DNA from: Gemmatimonas sp.
GTDB taxonomy: Bacteria; Gemmatimonadota; Gemmatimonadetes; Gemmatimonadales; Gemmatimonadaceae
NCBI GenBank assembly: GCA_965279375.1
Contig: OZ257156.1
Coordinates: 4,448,001-4,512,000, forward strand
Direction of reading: 5' to 3'
Length of the DNA: 64,000 nt
The notes beneath the pieces are model-generated. The model searched no databases. It was not told where the DNA came from and was given only the letters and a program-made list of their open reading frames with translations. The translations under genes and the position numbers were made by a program. This document shows positions 54,338 through 64,000 of this stretch, one piece after another (position 1 is the stretch's first letter; each line of letters opens with the position of its first letter).

Positions 54338-55177
54338 CTACAACGCGGGTGCTTTCGCGAGCCACTCACCGCCATCGACGACGAAAATGGAACCCGTGAT
54401 CCAGTCGCCCGCTGGCGACGCGAGGAATGCCACCATGTTGGCGATGTCGCGCGGCGTACCCCAGCGGCCGAGCGGAATGCCTTCCTTGGCATAGCGCGCC
54501 ATCTTCTCGTCGGCGGCTGCGAACACGTCGGTGACACCGCTGTTGGCTGGCGGCGTGAATGCCTTGCGCACTCCCTCTGTGGGGATGGGTCCCGGCGCGA
54601 TCGCATTCAATCGAATCCGCTGCGGTGCCCACTCGACCGCCAGCGTGCGGGTCAGCGCATCGACACCGGCCTTCGCTGCGGTGGCGTGCGCCATCAACGG
54701 CCACCCGCGATAGTGCAGCGTCATCGAAATACTCACGATGCGACCGCCGCCCTGCTGCGACATGACGGGATACACGGCCTGCGAGCAGTAGAAGGTGCCG
54801 AAGAGATCGATCTCCACCACGCTGCGCCACGCGTTGGGCGACAGCGTGGCACTCGGCGCGTAGAAGTTGCCCGCCGCGTTGTTCACGAGCAGATCGAGTC
54901 GGCCGTGCGTCTGCGCGACGCGATCGACTGCCTCCTTCACCTTCTCCGGATCGCGCACATCGAGGATGACGCTGGATGCCTGACCACCCGTTGCCGTGAT
55001 GCGCGCGCACGCAGCATCGAGGTGGTCCTGCTTTCGACTCGCGAGCACCACGTGTGCTCCGAGGTCGGCCAGCAACTCCGCGACGCCCAGTCCGATGCCC
55101 GTGCCGCCGCCGGTGATGAGCGCCACCTGTCCCGCGAGCAGGCCGGGAAGGAATACGGGTGCGTTCTGCTCTGACAT
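54338..55177 (-). CDS. SDR oxidoreductase, 2,4-dienoyl-CoA reductase type
   Basis: TGGGTGIG, NNAAGNF, LSPNAW, AAKAGV, IAPGPI. Confidence 0.9.
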   Translation of the reverse strand: MSEQNAPVFLPGLLAGQVALITGGGTGIGLGVAELLADLGAHVVLASRKQDHLDAACARITATGGQASSVILDVRDPEKVKEAVDRVAQTHGRLDLLVNNAAGNFYAPSATLSPNAWRSVVEIDLFGTFYCSQAVYPVMSQQGGGRIVSISMTLHYRGWPLMAHATAAKAGVDALTRTLAVEWAPQRIRLNAIAPGPIPTEGVRKAFTPPANSGVTDVFAAADEKMARYAKEGIPLGRWGTPRDIANMVAFLASPAGDWITGSIFVVDGGEWLAKAPAL

Positions 55178-55204
55178 GGGACGAGTCCGGCGCCTCAGGG
55201 CGCG

Positions 55205-55879
55205 TTAAAGATCGTTGGGGAGGTCGACGGTGCGATCAGACGGGGGATCCTCGAGCGGCAAGGCCACCTGCACACCCAGACAGAACCGTCGCCGATGATG
55301 CGGCGTGAGCCCATGCTCCGCCAGAGCGCGCATGTGCGTGGGCGTACCGTAGCCTGAGTTGCGCTCCCATCCGTACAGGTCGTAGCGACGCGAGAGCGAC
55401 GTCATCAACCGATCGCGCGTGACCTTGGCGACGATCGACGCGCAGGCGATCGCATAGCACTTGGCGTCGCCTTTCACGACCGCGGTGTGTTCCACGCCAA
55501 GCGTGCGCAGCGGATTGCCGTCCACCAGTACGTGATCCGGCGCGACTCCAAGGCGCGCTTCGACTCGTGCGAGCGCACGGCGCATCGCCAGCACGGTGGC
55601 GTGATAGATGTTGATGCGGTCCACTTCGCGAGCGGACGCGGCGCCCATCGCGACGGCCAGCGCCTGATCGAGAATCTTCTCGGCGAGGTGCGCACGCGTA
55701 CGCGGATCGAGCTGCTTGGAGTCGTCGACGCCGGCGATGGCACGGCGATCGGGAGGCATGACGATGGCGCATGCGACAACGGGGCCCGCGAGGGGGCCCC
55801 GTCCTACTTCATCCACACCGGCGAGCAACGGCCCGTATTGCAGGCGAGCCGTTCGCTCGATAGCGCTCCAACGCCCCAT
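55205..55879 (-). CDS. rnhB: Ribonuclease HII
   Basis: GVDEVGRGPLAGPV, DDSKQL, LVDG, IACASIVAKVTRD. Confidence 0.96.
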   Translation of the reverse strand: MGRWSAIERTARLQYGPLLAGVDEVGRGPLAGPVVACAIVMPPDRRAIAGVDDSKQLDPRTRAHLAEKILDQALAVAMGAASAREVDRINIYHATVLAMRRALARVEARLGVAPDHVLVDGNPLRTLGVEHTAVVKGDAKCYAIACASIVAKVTRDRLMTSLSRRYDLYGWERNSGYGTPTHMRALAEHGLTPHHRRRFCLGVQVALPLEDPPSDRTVDLPNDL

Positions 55880-55908
55880 TGCTGCGGCGGGAGAAACGCG
55901 GCGGCTGC

Positions 55909-56271
55909 TTACGCCTTGGGCGTGCGGACGACCTTGCGCTCCTTGATGCGCGCGGCCTTACCGGTCACGTCGCGGAGGTAGTACAGCTTCGCGCGGCGCA
56001 CAACGCCACGACGCACAACGACGATTTCGCCGATCATCGGGCTGTGAAGCGGGAAGATGCGCTCGACACCGACGCCGTTGGAGATCTTGCGGACGGTGAA
56101 CGTCTCGCTGACACCGCCATGCTTGCGCGCGATGCAGATCCCTTCGAACGCCTGGATGCGCTCCTTTTCGCCTTCCTTAACGCGCACGTTGACGCGGACC
56201 GTATCACCTGGACGGAACGGCGGAATGTTGTCCTTAAGCCATTCCTTCTCTGTTTCGCTGAACGGATTCAT
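55909..56271 (-). CDS. rplS: 50S ribosomal protein L19
   Basis: [34 protein letters not shown]. Confidence 0.98.
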   Translation of the reverse strand: MNPFSETEKEWLKDNIPPFRPGDTVRVNVRVKEGEKERIQAFEGICIARKHGGVSETFTVRKISNGVGVERIFPLHSPMIGEIVVVRRGVVRRAKLYYLRDVTGKAARIKERKVVRTPKA

Positions 56272-56606
56272 ATCTCTACTCCGGGGCCGACGCATTGGCC
56301 CGGTCAGGGTGCTGCGGATTCGGTGACTGTCCCCGCGCCGTCTGGCGCGATCTCAGACAACCGCTGCGAGAGGCTGCGACGTGGTGCGGGAGCGAAGTCC
56401 CCCGTCCAGAACCGGCGCGGCATCGCCACCATCGTGGTGCGCCGAGGGCGCGGTACGACGGGACGCGAAACGTTTACCCCGGGGTTGAAACCGGAGAGCT
56501 GTGGAAGATAGACGACCCGCCGTCCGGAGCGCTACCCCTGACGGCCCTCCGCGGGCGCCGCGGCGTCCCCGGTAGCGGGGCTTCGCCCGGCCGCTAACCT
56601 ACTCGG

Positions 56607-58705
<2,099 letters not shown>

Positions 58706-58709
<4 letters not shown>

Positions 58710-59713
58710 CCTCGATTCCGCAACGCAATCTCGGACGACAGGGGCTCCGCGTCTCCGCACTCGGACTCGGCTGCATGGGCATGTCCGCGTTCTACGGAAG
58801 CGAAGCGGACCGCGACGAGGCGAATGCGATTCGCGTCATCCATCGCGCACTCGACATCGGCGTCACGCTGCTCGATACGGCGGACATCTACGGCCCGCAC
58901 ACGAATGAAGTGCTGGTGGGGCGCGCGATCGCCGACCGTCGCGACCGCGCGATCGTGGCAACCAAGTTCGGCATCGTCTACGATCCGGCAGATCCAACAC
59001 GACGTGGCGCAAGCGGCCATCCGGACTACGTGCGCGCCTGCTGCGAGGCCTCGCTCCGTCGGCTCGGCATCGACACCATCGACCTGTTCTACCAGCACCG
59101 TGTGGACAAGAGCGTTCCCATCGAGGACACGGTCGGTGCCATGTCCGAGCTGGTCACCGAGGGCAAGGTGCGCTTCCTCGGACTCTCGGAAGCTGGCCCC
59201 GCCACGCTGCGCCGCGCGCACGCGGTGCATCCAATCAGCGCGCTGCAGTCGGAGTGGTCACTGTGGACGCGCGATTGGGAGGAAGATGCGTTTCCCGTCG
59301 CGCGCGAGTTGGGTATCGGCATCGTTCCCTACAGCCCGCTCGGCAGGGGATTTCTCACGGGGCGTTTCACGAGTGTCGCGGACTTCCCGGCCGGCGACTA
59401 CCGCCTGTCGAGTCCGCGCTTTCAGGCCGAGCACTTTGACGCGAACCGTCGTCTGGCCGATACCGTCGTGACGATGGCGCGCGCCAAGGGGTGCACCCCG
59501 GCGCAGCTCGCGCTGGCATGGGTGCTCTCCCGCGGCGAGGACGTGGTACCGATTCCGGGCACGACCAAGATCGAACGGCTCGAGGAGAACGCCGAGTCGG
59601 TGCGTGTTGGCTTGAGCGCCACCGAACTCGCACAGCTGGCAGACCTCCTGCCGCGCGATGCGGCATCGGGCGCGCGCTATCCCGGCGGCATGGCTGGGTT
59701 GGTGGACAAGTAG
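58706..59713 (+). CDS. Aldo/keto reductase
   Basis: [31 protein letters not shown]. Confidence 0.95.
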
Positions 59714-59741
59714 TTCCGCGGTGCTGACGGCGGCGCGACGC

Positions 59742-61553
59742 TCAAAACCAGTCGTCGCGCATGTTGTATGGCGTGGCATCAGCTCGCTCGAGTAGCGCAG
59801 CGAGTGTCTGCGTGCGGGGCAACTCCCAGCCGAACCAGTAGCGCGCCGCCTGCAACTTACCCCGATAGAAATCGGCGTCGTCGCCATGCGCACCTCCATC
59901 GAGCGCGCGCTGCGCAACCGTCGCTTGCCGCAACCAGAGCCATGCGACGGTGGTGCGGCTGACGAGATCGAGATACGCGCTGGCGTTGGCGAGGGCGCGC
60001 GCGGGTTCGGTGTTCGCACTCGCGACCAAGAGCGTGGTCGTGACGCGCGTCAACCGTTCGATCGCGTCCGCCAGCTCCGTCGCGAGATCCGCCAGCGACG
60101 CGATCTGCTGCGCATCGGAGACTGCGGCAGTCATCCGTTGCGTCAGTGCACGGTACCCTGCGCCGTTGTCCTGTCGGACCTTGCGCCCCAACAAATCGAG
60201 GGCCTGCACGCCGTTGGTGCCTTCGTGAATCGGGTTGAGCCGGTTGTCGCGAAAGTATTGTTCGATCGGATACTCGCGTGCAAAGCCATACCCGCCGAGC
60301 GTCTGCATGGCGAGTGAAATCGCCTCCTGACACGACTCGGCCGGCCATGCCTTGGCGATGGGCGTCAGCACTTCCAACAGCGCGCTGGCATCTCGACGAG
60401 CAGCGTCGTCGGGCGCGGTCTGTTCGTCGTCCACCAACTGCGCGCACTCGAGAATCAGTGACACGGCGCCTTCGACGATGGCCTTCTGCGCCAGCAGCAT
60501 GCGTCGCACATCGGGATGCTCGACAATCGCCACGGGTTCGCGCAGCGGATCCTTTTCACCCGGCAGCCGTCCCTGCCGACGTGTGCGCGCGTAGTCGAGT
60601 GCGTGACGATACGCCGCGTATCCCATCGCCGTGGCCGCACGCCCCACGCTGATGCGCGCTTCGTTCATCATCTGGAACATGCACGCGAGTCCACCATGCG
60701 GTTCGCCGACCAACTCGCCGATGCATGGAGCGCTTTCACCGAAATTGAGGATCGTGCTGGTGGTGCCACGCCATCCCATCTTGTGAATGAGCCCGCCGAG
60801 CACAACGCCATTGGGCACGGACCTGCCGTCTTGAAGACGGTAGCGCGGCACAAGCATCAGTGAAATCCCGCGCACGCCGGGTGGCGCACCATCGATGCGC
60901 GCGAGCACCATGTGCACGATGTTCTCCGACAGCTCATGTTCGCCGCCGGAGATCCACATCTTGGTGCCAGTGATGCGATAGCTCCCCGCCGGATAGTCAT
61001 CGCCAGCTGGCTCGGCGCGCGTTCGAAGGTCGGCGAGAGACGAGCCGGCATCCGCCTCGGTCAATGCCATCGTGCCAAGGAAGCGCCCAGTGCGGAGCGC
61101 ATCGAGAAAGCGCTCGCGTTGACTATCGGTGCCAAACGCATCGACGAGATTGGCGACGCCGGTGGTGAGCATTGCATACGAGGCCGTAGCCACGTTGGCC
61201 GCATCGAACCAGAGCAGCGCCGCCGTCGCAACGACGTGAGGAAGCTGCATGCCACCGCGCGCCTCGTCGCACGTGGCCGCGATGAACCCCGCGTCTGCGA
61301 TCGCGGCAACCGCTGACTTCACGGCGGGCGGCGTCACCACGCGACCGTGTTCGACGAATGGTTCGTGTTCGTCGCTCTCGCGGTGATGCGGCGCAAGCAT
61401 CGTTTCGGCGAGACGCCGCGCCGTATCGAGCACCGCATCGAACGTTTCGCGCGAATGCTCGGCGAAGCGTGCGCGCTCGGTGAGAAGATCGGTGCGCCGT
61501 ACCTCGTAGAGTTGAAACTCGAGATCGCGCGTGTTCAGCAGCGAAAGCATCAT
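59742..61553 (-). CDS. Acyl-CoA dehydrogenase
   Basis: MALTEADAGSSL, GTKMWISGG, KMGWRG, MMNEARI, IHEGTNGVQ. Confidence 0.95.
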   Translation of the reverse strand: MMLSLLNTRDLEFQLYEVRRTDLLTERARFAEHSRETFDAVLDTARRLAETMLAPHHRESDEHEPFVEHGRVVTPPAVKSAVAAIADAGFIAATCDEARGGMQLPHVVATAALLWFDAANVATASYAMLTTGVANLVDAFGTDSQRERFLDALRTGRFLGTMALTEADAGSSLADLRTRAEPAGDDYPAGSYRITGTKMWISGGEHELSENIVHMVLARIDGAPPGVRGISLMLVPRYRLQDGRSVPNGVVLGGLIHKMGWRGTTSTILNFGESAPCIGELVGEPHGGLACMFQMMNEARISVGRAATAMGYAAYRHALDYARTRRQGRLPGEKDPLREPVAIVEHPDVRRMLLAQKAIVEGAVSLILECAQLVDDEQTAPDDAARRDASALLEVLTPIAKAWPAESCQEAISLAMQTLGGYGFAREYPIEQYFRDNRLNPIHEGTNGVQALDLLGRKVRQDNGAGYRALTQRMTAAVSDAQQIASLADLATELADAIERLTRVTTTLLVASANTEPARALANASAYLDLVSRTTVAWLWLRQATVAQRALDGGAHGDDADFYRGKLQAARYWFGWELPRTQTLAALLERADATPYNMRDDWF

Positions 61554-61590
61554 CGGTCAGAATGGGGTCGCGAGCGAACCGCGCGTCTGT

Positions 61591-62601
61591 TCACGGCGCG
61601 CGGAGTTGACGATACCACGCGGTCATCGCGCGTTCGACGGCGGGCTTCGAGGCCATCCACTCGCCGAGGGTCGCTGGTACGATGTACGAAGCGGCGGCAT
61701 CGGTCGTGCTGGTACCGGCCTGGAGGGAGCGACGTGCGTGCGCTTCGAGATCGTCGAGCAGTGTGAGGTAGCGCGTGAGCGCTGCGCGATCGACAACGGC
61801 ACCGTGCCCCGGCACCAAAGTCGGCGCGCGCAAGCGTTCGAGGGCGCGTACGGACGTCGCAAGCTGGCCCGGCACCGCGTCAGTGAAGTTGGGAAACATG
61901 CCGTTCCACACCAGATCGCCCGACCACGTGATTCCGGCGTCCTCGTCGATCACGGCGAGGTCGCTGGCGGTGTGTCCGCGCAATGCAGAGAGTCGCACAC
62001 GTCGATTGCCGAGGTCGATCTCGCTGACGCGGTCGGCCGGGACGATGATCACGTCAGTCAACGCGTTTCTCAGCGCCGCGTTCTTGGCCGGTGCAACGGG
62101 TCCGCCACCGAGCGCCAATTCGCGCGTAGCGGACGTCGCACGGATGGATGGTGGAATGCTGTTGGAGCCGGCCTGCGTGCGCATCGCGGCATCGGTGGTT
62201 GGAGGCGTCAGATACCCAGCGACTCCTGAGGCATGATCGACGTGGTAGTGCGTGAGCACCACATGCGTAGGCCAACGTCCGGTGAGTTCGCGCGCACGCT
62301 GTGCAAGCCACGCGGCGCCTTCCGTCCGATAGAACCCTTCGACGGCGATCACGCCCGATCGACCGGCGATGATGCCACCATTCGCGAAGGTGGTGCGATC
62401 TCCGCCAAGGGGCGTCGAAATCAGCGCCCACGTGTCTGGGCCAATGAGGTCGAGTCGCGCGAATGGTGTGGTCGCGACGGTCGGATGCGCCGGCGCTGTC
62501 CAGCGACGGCGCGCGGCGAGCGGTGCGCACGCGGACATCAGGGCGAGATGCGCGAGACAACTGCCTGAGTGCTTGAGAAAGTCGCGTCGTGAGTGCGTCA
62601 T
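61591..62601 (-). CDS. Tat-exported MBL-fold metallohydrolase
   Basis: SRRDFLK Tat motif; THYHVDH, GHT, GDL, PGHG. Confidence 0.9.
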   Translation of the reverse strand: MTHSRRDFLKHSGSCLAHLALMSACAPLAARRRWTAPAHPTVATTPFARLDLIGPDTWALISTPLGGDRTTFANGGIIAGRSGVIAVEGFYRTEGAAWLAQRARELTGRWPTHVVLTHYHVDHASGVAGYLTPPTTDAAMRTQAGSNSIPPSIRATSATRELALGGGPVAPAKNAALRNALTDVIIVPADRVSEIDLGNRRVRLSALRGHTASDLAVIDEDAGITWSGDLVWNGMFPNFTDAVPGQLATSVRALERLRAPTLVPGHGAVVDRAALTRYLTLLDDLEAHARRSLQAGTSTTDAAASYIVPATLGEWMASKPAVERAMTAWYRQLRAP

Positions 62602-62636
62602 ACCTGAGACTGAATGCGAGGCGTGGGCCGTTCGGC

Positions 62637-63908
62637 TCAGCGACGCAGCCCGAACGGGATGCGCGACATCGCCAGCTGACCGTTGCTGATCACGACCAAC
62701 ACGTCCTGCAGGGCGCTGATGTCGTCGAGCGGGTTCCGCTCTACAAGGATGAGATCCGCCTCGAATCCCGGCGCCACGCGGCCCACGGTCTTCTCGATGC
62801 GCAACAACTCGGCGGCGACCGTGGTGGCGGCCTGCAGTGCCTCCAGCGGCGTGAATCCCAGCTTGGCGAAGCGCGCCACTTCGTGACTGATGCGCGTGAC
62901 ACTGGTGGGACCGTATTGCGTGTCGCCTCCGGTGACGACCTTGACACCCATCGCGTGCGCCTGCCGAATGGCGTCTTCCGCGCGCGGGAACATGTGCTTG
63001 CCGCGCAGCTGCAAGATGGGATCGTCGTAGTCGCCGCCCGGCTCGATCAGGTCGGCGAGAGTAGACAGTGTCGGCACGAGAAAGGTGCCCTTCGCCTTCA
63101 TCAGGCGCAGTGTGCTGTCGGAGATGTAGGTGCCGTGCTCGATGCTACGCACCCCCGCCGCAACGGCCGCGTACGCCCCTTCATCGCCGTGCGCATGCGC
63201 CTCGACCGGCACGTTTCGCGTGGCGGCTTCCTCCACCACCGCGCGCAGCTGCGCTTCGTCGTAGACCTGCTTGCGCGGATCGGTATTGGGGAGGCCGGCG
63301 CGCTCCGTACCGCGCGTCTTGATCACGTCCACGCCGTGATCGAGGTTGACGCGAACCAACGCGCGCAGCTGCTCTGGCGTGCGTACGCCGCTCAGAAACA
63401 GTGGACCGAGCCGCGAGTCGGCGAGCACCGTCTCACCCAAGTCCGGCGTGACGAAGACGCCGGCGGCTTGCATGTCGGGACCGGGCAGCGTGCCGCGCCT
63501 CACGGCATCACGAATGGCCACGTCCTGAAAGAGCGGAGTGCTGGCGCTGCGCACGGTCGTCACGCCGCTTTCGAGCGCGCGTCGCGCCGCGTCGAGTGAT
63601 GCGATGTGTGTGTGCGCGTCGATGAGTCCCGGGAGCATCCAGCGACCCTGCGCATCCACCACCCGCGCGCCCGCGGGCGCGGGAGCACCACTCGCGATAC
63701 GCGTGATGAGCCGCCCGTCGATCTGCACCGTCGCATCGCGCGTGACTGCGCCTGTCACAACATCGACGACGTTGGCATGGACGACAACCAGCGGAGCCTG
63801 CGCGCCAGCGGGCGCCTGCTGCGCGCGAAGTTCCGTTCCTGCGTGCGTGACCTGCAGCAGCGCGAGCGAGACGACGGACACAGCGGAGCGTAACGGAACA
63901 TGCTTCAT
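62637..63908 (-). CDS. Secreted amidohydrolase (Xaa-Pro dipeptidase-like)
   Basis: PGLIDAHTH, AHAHG, SIEHG, GGD, ADLILV. Confidence 0.92.
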   Translation of the reverse strand: MKHVPLRSAVSVVSLALLQVTHAGTELRAQQAPAGAQAPLVVVHANVVDVVTGAVTRDATVQIDGRLITRIASGAPAPAGARVVDAQGRWMLPGLIDAHTHIASLDAARRALESGVTTVRSASTPLFQDVAIRDAVRRGTLPGPDMQAAGVFVTPDLGETVLADSRLGPLFLSGVRTPEQLRALVRVNLDHGVDVIKTRGTERAGLPNTDPRKQVYDEAQLRAVVEEAATRNVPVEAHAHGDEGAYAAVAAGVRSIEHGTYISDSTLRLMKAKGTFLVPTLSTLADLIEPGGDYDDPILQLRGKHMFPRAEDAIRQAHAMGVKVVTGGDTQYGPTSVTRISHEVARFAKLGFTPLEALQAATTVAAELLRIEKTVGRVAPGFEADLILVERNPLDDISALQDVLVVISNGQLAMSRIPFGLRR

Positions 63909-64000
63909 CACTCGTACTCCCTGACAACAGTCTGAAGGCCGACTCGGGAACGGAGACAACGTGCCTGCGTCGCGGCGAGAACGCGAGGGTTTTGGGCTGT

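Overview
A 64-kb, GC-rich, gene-dense bacterial chromosomal segment. Gene content and the Gly-rich secreted proteins suggest Gemmatimonadota, which is an inference. It is mostly housekeeping and envelope genes: pckA, uvrA, purEK, metY plus a metX-hom fusion, holB, moaC, rnhB, rplS, two tRNAs, several peptidases, two lytic transglycosylases, GT4 glycosyltransferases and a two-component pair. I saw no mobile element, CRISPR array or rRNA. Three things stand out. (1) A translationally coupled pair at 33824-36624 resembles a divergent copper membrane monooxygenase: a PmoC-PmoA-like fusion with both CuC- and CuD-type ligand sets, followed by a protein with PmoB-like topology and a predicted N-terminal His. 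(2) The met operon leader holds a SAM-II-like riboswitch preceded by an unrecognised pseudoknot/terminator switch. (3) A DUF2946/CruR-like CxxC...RAPP leader gene precedes a TonB-dependent receptor. All family comparisons are from memory and need database confirmation.
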